In this document: positions 8,370 to 17,026 of the stretch, in pieces | Position numbering within the stretch: position 1 is the stretch's first letter | Layout of the letters: every line of letters starts with the position of its first letter | DNA from: an uncultured Acidobacteriota bacterium | Lineage (GTDB): Bacteria; Acidobacteriota; Vicinamibacteria; Vicinamibacterales; UBA8438 | NCBI GenBank assembly: GCA_913043225.1 | Contig: CAJWLU010000042.1 | Location: 1 to 17,578, forward strand | DNA length: 17,578 nt | Direction of reading: 5' to 3' | Made by a program: the position numbers and the translations under genes | The notes under the pieces: generated by a model | Databases searched by the model: none | What the model was told of the DNA's origin: nothing | What the model saw: only the letters and a program-made list of their open reading frames with translations

Positions 8370-8849
8370 TCAGTCTGATGTCAGCTCGTGAGCCATCGGG
8401 ATGAAGACGATGCCGTTGACCGTGCGTTCCGGTCCGGTCTGCCTGAAACCCAGCCGCTCGTAGGCCGGAACGGCGAAACGGGACGAGTTCACCGTTACCC
8501 GCTCGAGGTCTGGCCGGGCCGGCCTGGCGACCGCCAAGGCGCGAGAGAGGAGATCCCGAGCGATACCCCGGTGCTGGAACGCTGCATCGACGAAGAGCAG
8601 CGACACGTGGTCATGATTGCGGAGCTCGATCACGCCGGCCAGCCGCTCGTCCTGCTCAGCCAGTAGCAGGAAGTGCCCTGCGGCCACCCGCTCAATGAGT
8701 TCAGCCGGCTCGACATACCGCGTGAATTCGCGGCGCCCCTCCTCGCTGTACTCCTGGGCGATGAAGGTGCCGAACGCTCCAAGAATCAGCCGTGAGACCG
8801 CCTCGGCGTCGGCAGGCTCCATTGGCCGAAAGTCCAGCGTCTCGCTCAT
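8370..8849 (-). CDS. GNAT family N-acetyltransferase
   Basis: HVSLLFVDAAFQHRGIARDL acetyl-CoA-binding motif A and TVNSSRFAVPAYERLGF motif B; ATGA overlap with the cytochrome c gene. Confidence 0.92.
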   Translation of the reverse strand: MSETLDFRPMEPADAEAVSRLILGAFGTFIAQEYSEEGRREFTRYVEPAELIERVAAGHFLLLAEQDERLAGVIELRNHDHVSLLFVDAAFQHRGIARDLLSRALAVARPARPDLERVTVNSSRFAVPAYERLGFRQTGPERTVNGIVFIPMAHELTSD

Positions 8850-9259
8850 CGGGACAGGGTCTTGAGGTAGTTCACAAGGTGCCAGATGTCCTCGTCGCCC
8901 ATGCGCTCCTTGTAGGGCTGCATGTCGGCGGTAACACCCTCCTTGATGACCAGGAAGATCTCGCCGTCGCTCTCACCGTGCAGCCAGGTGTCGTCGGTGA
9001 AATCGGGTACATCACCTCCCGCATGGGCCATGTCTCCGTCCCCCAGGCCCCGGTTGCCGTGACACTCGCGGCACATGAAGACATAGCGCTGCCTGCCGGT
9101 CGCGATGGAATCGTCGGTCACCTCGAACGGATTCTCGAGCGCCTGTCCCTCGGGATGGCGATGCGGCTCGACCGGATGGGCCTGCCGTGCCGACAAGGTC
9201 CAGGCGGCGGTCACAAACAACAGCGTCGCCACGAGCATTGTGCGGTGTCCTCTCAGCAT
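8846..9259 (-). CDS. Exported monoheme class I cytochrome c
   Basis: Hydrophobic signal peptide, single CRECH heme motif, G.GDG, SDGEIFLVIKEG, distal Met in DMQPY, EDIWHLVNYLKTL helix; SD GGAGG upstream. Confidence 0.92.
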   Translation of the reverse strand: MLRGHRTMLVATLLFVTAAWTLSARQAHPVEPHRHPEGQALENPFEVTDDSIATGRQRYVFMCRECHGNRGLGDGDMAHAGGDVPDFTDDTWLHGESDGEIFLVIKEGVTADMQPYKERMGDEDIWHLVNYLKTLSR

Positions 9260-9272
9260 GCCTGCCCTCCCT

Positions 9273-9812
9273 TCACTCCTGCGGGGCGTCGAAGTGCTCC
9301 CACATGTACTCAGGATGATACGCGTGCAGATGGAGAAACACCTCGTGTACGAGGTTCACGAGCTTCTGCACGCCGTACTCGTGGTGGTTCCTGGTCGCCA
9401 CCAGCTCCAGCGATACCTCACCGCGGCGCGGTACAAGCCGTGCCCGCGCTCGACGCCGGTCAACGCGCCGGTGATCCGGCAGCTTGGGGTCTGCCCGTCC
9501 CGCCACGAATCCATCGAGATCGCGGTACAGAGGCGAGCGAGCGGGCATGGATGGAAGCACGCTGCGGAAGACGAACGTACCAGTCTCTGAGGCGTAGCTC
9601 AAGTTCAACGGACGGGGACCGAGCCACGAAAACCTAAATCGGTGGTTCGCAGCGACTTTTCGCTGCTCGCTGAAACCGCGGAAGACTCCACGATCTGCAT
9701 AGGCCTGTAACTTCGCCCGCACGAGTTCCAGCGACTGGGCCGGCGTGAGCCGTCGCCTAGTCGTCTTCGGAGCCGCCGCAAGCTTCCGCCCTACTCGCCG
9801 TGATGTGGTCAA
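9273..9812 (-). CDS. Hypothetical basic protein (start uncertain: TTG 9839, TTG 9812 or GTG 9722)
   Basis: Fills the gap between genes with a protein-like core (LQAYADRGVFRGF ... LPDHRRVD ... EYGVQKLVNLVHEVFL). The stop is 13 nt from the cytochrome c start. The TTG at 9839 lies within a strong hairpin. Confidence 0.7.
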   Translation of the reverse strand: MTTSRRVGRKLAAAPKTTRRRLTPAQSLELVRAKLQAYADRGVFRGFSEQRKVAANHRFRFSWLGPRPLNLSYASETGTFVFRSVLPSMPARSPLYRDLDGFVAGRADPKLPDHRRVDRRRARARLVPRRGEVSLELVATRNHHEYGVQKLVNLVHEVFLHLHAYHPEYMWEHFDAPQE

Positions 9813-9825
9813 TGTGAGGAAAGGT

Positions 9826-9878
9826 GGGGATGCTCGCAAAAGGCGAGCACCCCCGTGAGCGTACCGCCGGAAGGCGGC
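9826..9878 (-). terminator. Tandem hairpins directly after the ThDP enzyme stop codon
   Basis: Minus strand: GCCGCC-TTCC-GGCGGT (9863-9878), then GGGGGTGCTCGC-CTTTT-GCGAGCATCCCC (9826-9854; 12 bp, one G-U), followed by ACCTTTCC. The wobble pairs only work on the minus strand. Confidence 0.65.
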
Positions 9879-11807
9879 CTAGTGGTAGTAGGACATCACA
9901 CCGGGCTCGAGCTTACCCATGAAGCCAGGTGCGTACTGGTCGCGCAGCCAAAACTCCTTCTTAGCCTGTACGTTGACCACCGAAGGTCGACTCTCGTCAA
10001 GCGCCACCTGATAGGCCCGCTCCAGCGCAGGGCGGAAGTCTGCCGGGGTGGTCACATACTCGCCATGCGCGCCGAGCGCCTCTCCCATCTTGTCGTACCG
10101 CAGGTTCTCCTGGAACAAATGGACCGGGAGTCCGACTTGGTTGTTTCGCTGGCCTTCCCAGGTACCCCACGCATTGTTGTTGTAGACGATCACGACCGCC
10201 GGTAGGCGGTACTTCGAGAGCGTCTCCATCTCCATGCCGGTGTAGCCGAAGCCGGCGTCTCCGGTGATGGCGATGATCGGATGACCCTGGTAGTCGGCCT
10301 GGGCTCCCGCACCCTGGCGTACCGCCGCCGCCACACCGATCGTATAGCCGACGTCTGGGCCGATGGCGCCGTACTGGTAGGCGCCGTTCATGATCTGGGC
10401 CGGCCGGTAGCTCCGGAGGTAGCGGCGGGTGTAGCGGGCGATGCCGTAGCCGCCCTGGACAATCGTCGTGCGATCACCGGGCAGGGTGCCGTCGACGAAG
10501 TCGGCGAGCTCCTTGCCAATCACCGCGGGGTGCACCGCGTCGGTGTAACCCAGACCGGTCCGGTAGTACTCTTCGTTCTCGGCTTCGAACGCGTCACGCG
10601 CCGAGGCGACCTCGGCCACCCAGGCGTCGTGGCGGAGGCGTGGCACCTCGGCGGCCAGTGCCTCGAGTGCGGCCCGCTCATCACTCACGATACCGAGATC
10701 GATTGGCAGGTTCCGACCAATGTCTTCGGCATCCGGATCGATACGGATGTACTTGGTGTCTGGTCCGAAGGCAAACTCGCCCTGCGTCGGCATACAGTAC
10801 TGGCCGACCAGCAGCACAAGATCGGCGCTAGCGAGTGCGCCCGGCGCGGTATCGGCCGACAGTTCATGGTCGGCCGGGAACTGGCCCTTCATCGCGCCCG
10901 ACTCGACAACCGGAATCTGGGCACGCTCGGCCAACCGGCGCAGCGGCTCCCATGCCTTGCTGTAGAACACCCCGTTGCTCGAGACGAGCATAGGGCGCTC
11001 GGAGGCCCGGATCATCGAGACGGCCTGGTCGATCGCCTGCGGATCGGGGAACGGCTTGGTCTCCGTCCGATACTTCGACTTGTCGAAGTAGTACTCAATC
11101 TCGCTGGCGTCACGGAACCGCCCGTTAGCGATCTCGGCCGGGAAATCGAGGTGGACCGGCTTGGGCACGCCGCTCTTCAGCTGCCGGAAAGCGTAGCCGG
11201 CATACTCGTGCACGCGGGCCGGCGTGATCAGGCGCTTGCCATACTTGCGCATCCCCTCGGTGGTGGGCTGCTGATAGGCATCCTGAATGCCGCGCTCGGT
11301 GTCCTCGGCGAACACGGTCTTATTGCTGGCCAGCACCAGAACCGGCGACCGCGCCGAGTTGGCGGCGGCAATCGCGCAGATCATGTCGGTGAAGCCTGGG
11401 CCTTCGGTGCCAGACGTAGCCGCGATCTCACCGGTCACCCGGCAGAACGCGTCGGCAGCGTGACACAACGAGCCCTCGTGACGACCACCGTAGGTCGGGA
11501 TGCCCGTGTCTGAAATCGCGTGAACCACGGAGTAGTTGCCCGGACAACAGAACAGCGCCGCGACGCCTTCTTCCTTACAGGCCTTGGCAAAGACCTGCGC
11601 ACCGGTCATCGGAAAATCGACCGTCGGGAGCGAGGCGCTCTTCGCCGTCTCGAACTCGGACGGTACAGTGATCGGAGCGACGTCCTCTTCCTCAGCCGCG
11701 CGCACAGCAGCACCGCCGGCGCCAAGGGATGCTGCTGTGGCACCTGCTCCCAGAACTGCCTGCTTCATGAACCGCCGTCGAGAACTACGCCCGGTTGAAG
11801 GCTTCAT
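9879..11807 (-). CDS. Thiamine diphosphate-dependent enzyme (oxalyl-CoA decarboxylase / 2-hydroxyacyl-CoA lyase / benzaldehyde lyase-like) with twin-arginine signal
   Basis: N-terminal SRRRFMK, hydrophobic stretch and [15 protein letters not shown] catalytic Glu, GPGFTD, PVHLDFP, ThDP/Mg motif [14 protein letters not shown]...YNNNAWG; SD AGGAG. Confidence 0.9.
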   Translation of the reverse strand: MKPSTGRSSRRRFMKQAVLGAGATAASLGAGGAAVRAAEEEDVAPITVPSEFETAKSASLPTVDFPMTGAQVFAKACKEEGVAALFCCPGNYSVVHAISDTGIPTYGGRHEGSLCHAADAFCRVTGEIAATSGTEGPGFTDMICAIAAANSARSPVLVLASNKTVFAEDTERGIQDAYQQPTTEGMRKYGKRLITPARVHEYAGYAFRQLKSGVPKPVHLDFPAEIANGRFRDASEIEYYFDKSKYRTETKPFPDPQAIDQAVSMIRASERPMLVSSNGVFYSKAWEPLRRLAERAQIPVVESGAMKGQFPADHELSADTAPGALASADLVLLVGQYCMPTQGEFAFGPDTKYIRIDPDAEDIGRNLPIDLGIVSDERAALEALAAEVPRLRHDAWVAEVASARDAFEAENEEYYRTGLGYTDAVHPAVIGKELADFVDGTLPGDRTTIVQGGYGIARYTRRYLRSYRPAQIMNGAYQYGAIGPDVGYTIGVAAAVRQGAGAQADYQGHPIIAITGDAGFGYTGMEMETLSKYRLPAVVIVYNNNAWGTWEGQRNNQVGLPVHLFQENLRYDKMGEALGAHGEYVTTPADFRPALERAYQVALDESRPSVVNVQAKKEFWLRDQYAPGFMGKLEPGVMSYYH

Positions 11808-11934
11808 TATCTATCTCCTGCTGCGCCAGCGGATACGACTCGCCCCCAAACGGGACGGAAACGGTCCGATGACACTTGTTTCGTCCACAGAGAATCGCAC
11901 GCCAGCGCCCGAGATCGCAAGCACGAGCAATGTG

Positions 11935-12732
11935 TCACTCATCAGCGGCCAAGGCGGCCACGTCACGGGCGCAACGGATGCCGACATTGCTCGTCTGACC
12001 CGTCTGGGCGAACGGAAGCCGCACCGAACTGCGTAACGCCGCCGGAAAGTTCAGCCAGGAGCCCCCGCGCGCGATGCGAGCGAAGCCGCTGTCGGCGCCG
12101 GGAGGGTCGACGGCCGGCGAGTTCGCGTAGTAGCTCTCGTCCAGCCACCCATCGACCCATTCCCAGACATTGCCGACCATGTCGTGGACACCGTAGGGGT
12201 TCGGCTGAAACGAACCGACCGGAGCCGTATTCGTCCAAAGGTCCCCGCCTCCGGTAGCACCCTCACAACACTGCGGCGCCCCGAAGTTGGCCAATTCCCG
12301 GGTCAGCTCTGCGATCGACCCGTACACCAGCCCGTCGCGCCCCCCGCGCGCGGCGTACTCCCACTCGGCCTCGGTCGGCAACCGTCCGCCGGTCCAGCTG
12401 CAAAATGCCGCAGCATCGTCCCAGCTAACCAGCACGACCGGATGGTCTCCACCCTGCGGAAAGTCTGGAGACGATGGGGCCCGATGACCCGCGGCGGATA
12501 CGAACGCCGCATAGTCGGCCACCGTCACCTCGGTGACCATCAACTCGTAGGGCGCAACAAACGACACCTCGTGCTGCGGCCGTTCGCTGTCGAGACAGTT
12601 CGGATCGGCGTCCACGCAGCCCATGAGGAAGGCCCCGGCCGGAATCCTGATCCACCCTCCGCCAGGCTGTGCTAGCGCCGGCGTCACAACAGACGGCAGT
12701 AACAGAAGCAGGATTATTCTGGACGCTACCAC
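11935..12732 (-). CDS. Secreted formylglycine-generating enzyme (FGE-sulfatase/SUMF1) family protein
   Basis: Signal peptide ending ALA|Q; IPAGAFLMG, ERPQHEV, TEVT, HPVVLVSWDDAAAFC, RLPTEAEWEYAARGG, NPYGVHDMVGNVWEW, RGGSW, GIRCAR. Confidence 0.93.
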   Translation of the reverse strand: MVASRIILLLLLPSVVTPALAQPGGGWIRIPAGAFLMGCVDADPNCLDSERPQHEVSFVAPYELMVTEVTVADYAAFVSAAGHRAPSSPDFPQGGDHPVVLVSWDDAAAFCSWTGGRLPTEAEWEYAARGGRDGLVYGSIAELTRELANFGAPQCCEGATGGGDLWTNTAPVGSFQPNPYGVHDMVGNVWEWVDGWLDESYYANSPAVDPPGADSGFARIARGGSWLNFPAALRSSVRLPFAQTGQTSNVGIRCARDVAALAADE

Positions 12733-12742
12733 GGACTCTCCA

Positions 12743-14629
12743 TCACCACCCGATTGCGTACATCATCCGCCGTGGATCTGCGCCAGCCAGCATCGCACCC
12801 GTCTCAGTCCACAGCACGGCTTGCATGTTGCCGAGCACATACTCCGACACCGGCTCGACGTCATGGCCGAGCCGGGCGAGCTCAGCCATCACCGTCGCCG
12901 GCATACGAGCTTCGACACGCATGGTCACCTCGGCGCCGGCACGATAGAAGTTGGGGTCGGCGTCGAGCGCGATGCGTGGCACTTCGACCGCTTCCTGAAT
13001 GCCCAGTCCGAAGTCGAGCACGTTCAGGAGCACTTGAAACTGGGTTTGCCCGATCGTCTCGCCGCCCGGCGTTCCGAGCGCGAGGAACGGAGCACCATCC
13101 TTGAGCACCAGCGTCGGCGAGTTATTGAGAATCGGGATCTGGCCCCCGCGCGCGTAGTTGGCGTGCTCGGGGTATGGGGCGGTGGAACCAACGCGCGAAC
13201 CGTTGTTGAAGAGGAGCCCGGTCTCACCCACCACGACGCCCGTGCCCCAGAGGCTGCCCAGCGTCGGGGTGGCGACCACGACATTCCCTGCCGTATCGAC
13301 CACTGTGAAACTGGTCGTGCTCCCCGGAACGCTCGTCTCGTAGGCGCCGCGCCGCGCCGGCGCCGCGGCACGCGCGGTTCTCCTCTCGGCGCCGTCCGGC
13401 ACGCCGGCATCCGGGAAGGGCATGGCTCGATCCCTATCGATCAGGCTCCGACGATCATCAGCAAACGTCTTGGATACGAGACCAGCCGTCGGCATCAACG
13501 CATGGGCCGGGTCGACCGCATAGGCGTAAACGTCGGCCTTGGTCACCTTGATCGCCTCGGCCACCAAATGGAGCGCCTCCGCAGAATTATGTCCCAGCGC
13601 GGCCAAGTCGAAGTCCTCCAGCAGGTTCAGCTGCATGAGCACTTCCAACCCGCCGCGAGATGTCGTCGGACTGGAGTAGACGTCAAACCCGCGGTAGGTC
13701 GTCCGCACCGGCTCGGTCCAAACAGGCTCGTAGCGCGCGAAGTCGTCGCGGGTGAAGGCGCCGCCACGGTCCTGGTAGAACCTGGCCATGTCACGAGCGA
13801 TGTCCCCTCGGTAGAAACGCCTAAACGCTGCCTGAAGCCCGGACTCCCGGTTCCCGCCGTTCAAGCGAGCGGTCTCCTCCGCCTCGACCAGCCGCCGAAA
13901 CGTTCGGGCCAACTGCGGGAACCGGACCATCACGCCCGCCTCAGGAAGCACGCCGTCAAGGAGAAACACCGCTGCCGTGGTGGAGTGAGACTCGAGTAGC
14001 TCGCGAGAGCGATCGAGCGACCCTGCCACGTAGGCGTCGACTGGGTGTCCCTGCTCGGCATAACCGATCGCCGGCGCCAACACCCTCTCAAGCGACATCA
14101 CGCCGTAGCGTTCCATCAACGCGATCCATCCACCCAGCAGCCCCGGCACGACCCCCGCGTGGATGCCGCGATCAAGCTCCTCTGACGACAGGGCGGACGC
14201 GTCGAGCGCGCGCGGAGCGGCGCCGGTGGCATTGAGCGAGACTACCTCGCCGGTGGCAGCGTCGAACACCGTGAAGAACCCGTTGCCACCGGCCCCGGAC
14301 ATCATCGGCTCGACCAAGTTCAATGTCGCCAGCACGGCAACTGCCGCGTCGGCCGCGGTACCGCCCTGGGTAAGTATCTGCATCCCGGCCATCGCCGCCA
14401 ACGGATGACCGGCCGTAACCAAGCCCCGCACGCCGGGCACGGCTGGACGGTGAGCCCGAAGACCGTCGGTCAACGGTCCAGCCGCGACCGGCTTGTCGGC
14501 AACCTCCTCCAGAGGAGTCTGGGGGCCGCACGCCTGCATCGCGAACGACAGGACCGCGACCAGACCGAGCGTGACGGTCGACGTCCAGGAGCCTCGCTGA
14601 GCGTCGTCAGCTGGATGACCACGTGGCAT
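12743..14629 (-). CDS. Gamma-glutamyltransferase-family Ntn hydrolase, probable lipoprotein
   Basis: HPLAAMAG, GGTAADAAVA, VEPMMSGAGG, VPG, FYRGDIA, autoproteolysis site S|TTSFTVVD, GTPGG oxyanion loop, C-terminal GADPR; hydrophobic N-terminus ending in the non-canonical lipobox MQAC. Confidence 0.92.
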   Translation of the reverse strand: MPRGHPADDAQRGSWTSTVTLGLVAVLSFAMQACGPQTPLEEVADKPVAAGPLTDGLRAHRPAVPGVRGLVTAGHPLAAMAGMQILTQGGTAADAAVAVLATLNLVEPMMSGAGGNGFFTVFDAATGEVVSLNATGAAPRALDASALSSEELDRGIHAGVVPGLLGGWIALMERYGVMSLERVLAPAIGYAEQGHPVDAYVAGSLDRSRELLESHSTTAAVFLLDGVLPEAGVMVRFPQLARTFRRLVEAEETARLNGGNRESGLQAAFRRFYRGDIARDMARFYQDRGGAFTRDDFARYEPVWTEPVRTTYRGFDVYSSPTTSRGGLEVLMQLNLLEDFDLAALGHNSAEALHLVAEAIKVTKADVYAYAVDPAHALMPTAGLVSKTFADDRRSLIDRDRAMPFPDAGVPDGAERRTARAAAPARRGAYETSVPGSTTSFTVVDTAGNVVVATPTLGSLWGTGVVVGETGLLFNNGSRVGSTAPYPEHANYARGGQIPILNNSPTLVLKDGAPFLALGTPGGETIGQTQFQVLLNVLDFGLGIQEAVEVPRIALDADPNFYRAGAEVTMRVEARMPATVMAELARLGHDVEPVSEYVLGNMQAVLWTETGAMLAGADPRRMMYAIGW

Positions 14630-14638
14630 GGCGCTCGA

Positions 14639-15619
14639 CTACTCCTCCATGAGCAGCACGGTCGACCCGGTCGTCCTCCGTGCTTCCAGGTCGCGATGCG
14701 CCTGCGCCACGTCCTTCAGCAGAAACGCCTGACTGACTTCCACCTTGACGGCACCACTCGCTACTACCGAGAACAAGTCGTCGGCCGTCGCGTCGAGCTC
14801 CTCGCGAGTGGCGATGTAGCTGGCCAGGGTGGGACGAGTCAGGAAGAGCGAACCTTTAGCCGCGAGCAGACCTGGACTGAACGGTTCGACGGCTCCCGAC
14901 GCGTTCCCGTAGCTCACCATCAACCCTCGAGGTTGCAGACAATCGAGCGAGGCCACGAAGGTGTCCTTCCCCACCGAGTCGAACACCACAGGTACGCCGG
15001 CGCCATCGGTCAGCTCCTTCACCCGTGCTACGACGTCTTCCCGGGTGTAGACGATCGGGTGGTTACAGCCGTGCGCTCGCGCCAGCTCCGCCTTCTCGTC
15101 GGTGCCAACGGTGCCAATGACAGTCGCACCCAGGTGCTTAGCCCACTGGCAGGCGATCAGACCGACGCCTCCGGCTGCGGCGTGGAGCAGAATCGTGTCG
15201 CCCCGCTTCACCGGATAGATCCGGCGGATGAGGTACTGCACGGTGGAGCCCTTGAGCATCATCGCCGCCGCCTGTTGGTCAGTGATAACGTCGGGCACCT
15301 TCACCAGACGACTCGCCTCGAGCACACGCTGCTCAGCGTAGCCGCCCAAGCTCATCGAGTAGGCAACCCGGTCGCCCACGGCGACGTCAGTCACACCCTC
15401 CCCGATGGCCTCAACGACGCCCGCGCCCTCGTTTCCGATCACAGCGGGCATCGCCGGCACCGGATAGAGGCCGGTGCGATGGTAGACATCGATGAAATTG
15501 AGCCCGGCGGCCGTCTGCCGGATCAGCGCCTGTCCAGGTCCAGGCTGTCCGGGATCGACTTCATCCCAGCGCAGTACTTCGGGTCCACCATGCTCGTGAA
15601 TACGAATCGCTCTCGCCAT
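14639..15619 (-). CDS. qor: NADPH:quinone oxidoreductase (zeta-crystallin/MDR family)
   Basis: HGGPEVL, GLNFIDVYHRTGLYP, GNEGAGVV, HAAAGGVG NADPH-binding motif, DSVGKDTF, KGSLFLTRPTL, RRTTGSTVL; SD GGAGG. Confidence 0.94.
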   Translation of the reverse strand: MARAIRIHEHGGPEVLRWDEVDPGQPGPGQALIRQTAAGLNFIDVYHRTGLYPVPAMPAVIGNEGAGVVEAIGEGVTDVAVGDRVAYSMSLGGYAEQRVLEASRLVKVPDVITDQQAAAMMLKGSTVQYLIRRIYPVKRGDTILLHAAAGGVGLIACQWAKHLGATVIGTVGTDEKAELARAHGCNHPIVYTREDVVARVKELTDGAGVPVVFDSVGKDTFVASLDCLQPRGLMVSYGNASGAVEPFSPGLLAAKGSLFLTRPTLASYIATREELDATADDLFSVVASGAVKVEVSQAFLLKDVAQAHRDLEARRTTGSTVLLMEE

Positions 15620-15661
15620 CGTCAGCCTCCGTGCCTCCTCTGCCGTCGGGTAGTTCTCAGC

Positions 15662-15698
15662 ATGATACTGCCGCGTGGTTCCACCCCCAAGGTAGACT
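15662..15698. promoter_or_regulatory. Putative divergent -10 elements for qor (TATCAT, minus, 15662-15667) and glcF (TAGACT, plus, 15693-15698)
   Basis: Two TANNNT hexamers pointing outward in the 88-bp divergent gap. TAGACT is 9 nt before the glcF ATG, which has no SD. Confidence 0.4.
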
Positions 15699-15707
15699 GT
15701 TCGCTAA

Positions 15708-17015
15708 ATGTCCACGGCCTTCGACAGCCGCCACAAGCCCAATTCCGCGCTAGTCGCCGACTGCGTGCACTGTGGGTTCTGCCTCCCCGCTTGTCCGACC
15801 TATCTGTTGTGGGGACGGGAAACAGACTCTCCGCGCGGGCGCATCGCGCTCATCAAGGGTGGGCTCGAGGGCGATACGGATCTCACGACATCGTTTGGCC
15901 GACATATCGACACCTGTCTCGGCTGTATGTCGTGCGTCAGCGCCTGTCCATCAGGCGTGCAGTACGACAGGCTGCTCGAAGCCACGCGTCCACAGGTCGA
16001 GCGGAAGATCGACCGGAGCCTGGCCGACCGCCTGTTCCGGCGGCTCATCTTCACTCTCTTTCCGCACCCTGACCGGCTGCGGATCGTCGCCACTAAGCTA
16101 TGGGGCTATCAGCAACTGGGGATGCAGCGATTGGCGCGAGCCACAGGCATCCTCGGTCTGCTCCCGAAGCGGTTGCGGGCCATGGAAGCCGTCCTGCCTC
16201 CGGTGTCCCTGCGCGGCGCGTGGAGCGACACGCCGTATCGGGTGCCAGCTGTAGGCGAGCGGCGGCGGAGAGTGGGCCTGCTGCTGGGCTGCGTGCAACG
16301 GGTGTTCTTCGACGAGGTGAACCGCGCCACCATCAGGGTCCTGACAGCGGAAGGCTGCGAGGTCGTGATTCCGCCCTCGCAGGGTTGCTGCGGCGCGCTG
16401 ATGCTGCATGCGGGAGAGGACCGGGACGCTGCTGACGCAGCCAGACGATTCATCGACGCCTTCGAGAACGAGGCGGCCGAGGTGGACACCATCGTGATCA
16501 ACGCGGCGGGATGCGGTTCGACGTTAAAGGAGTATGGCCACCTGCTCCGCGACGACCCGCGCTACGCCGACCGTGCCCAGGCGCTGGCCAGCAAATGCCG
16601 AGACATCTCGGAACTGTTGGCTGAGCTAGAACCGCGCGCGCCGCGCCATCCGGTGCCACTCAGTGTGGCCTATCACGACGCCTGCCATCTCCAGCATGCC
16701 CAGGGCGTGAGCGCCGAACCGCGCCGGGTCCTCGAGACGATCCCCGAGTTGGACGTGAAAGAGGTGCCGGAAGCCGGCATCTGCTGTGGGTCGGCCGGCA
16801 TATACAACCTGGTTGAGCCGGACACCGCGACCGAACTTGGCGACCGGAAGGCGGGATACATCCACAGCACCGGGGCCAATGCGGTGGCGTCGAGCAACCC
16901 TGGCTGCCTGTTGCAGATCGCCAGCCGCCTCGACGTGGCGGGAACGCCGCTGCCGACGTATCACCTAATCGAGCTCGTGGATGCGTCGATCCGGGGCGAA
17001 TCGCTGCCCCGCTGA
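15708..17015 (+). CDS. glcF: Glycolate oxidase iron-sulfur subunit GlcF
   Basis: Two 4Fe-4S motifs CVHCGFCLPACPTY and CLGCMSCVSACPSGVQY, DSPRGRI, two CCG domains (QGCCGAL, ICCGSAGIYN), NAAGCGSTLKEY, YHDACHLQHAQ, NPGCLLQ. Confidence 0.93.
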   Translation: MSTAFDSRHKPNSALVADCVHCGFCLPACPTYLLWGRETDSPRGRIALIKGGLEGDTDLTTSFGRHIDTCLGCMSCVSACPSGVQYDRLLEATRPQVERKIDRSLADRLFRRLIFTLFPHPDRLRIVATKLWGYQQLGMQRLARATGILGLLPKRLRAMEAVLPPVSLRGAWSDTPYRVPAVGERRRRVGLLLGCVQRVFFDEVNRATIRVLTAEGCEVVIPPSQGCCGALMLHAGEDRDAADAARRFIDAFENEAAEVDTIVINAAGCGSTLKEYGHLLRDDPRYADRAQALASKCRDISELLAELEPRAPRHPVPLSVAYHDACHLQHAQGVSAEPRRVLETIPELDVKEVPEAGICCGSAGIYNLVEPDTATELGDRKAGYIHSTGANAVASSNPGCLLQIASRLDVAGTPLPTYHLIELVDASIRGESLPR

Positions 17016-17026
17016 GGTCAGGACGG

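Noticed and set aside
10281..11513. 410-aa plus-strand ORF
   Set aside because: Antisense shadow of the ThDP enzyme gene
11808..11934. Possible TPP riboswitch upstream of the ThDP enzyme
   Set aside because: Neither the CTGAGA nor the CCTGA consensus element is present
12623..13999. 458-aa plus-strand ORF
   Set aside because: Antisense shadow of the GGT-like gene, with no motifs and Arg/His-rich composition typical of high-GC reverse frames
14405..16072. 555-aa plus-strand ORF spanning qor and the start of glcF
   Set aside because: Antisense to the well-supported qor and out of frame with glcF; no recognisable domain
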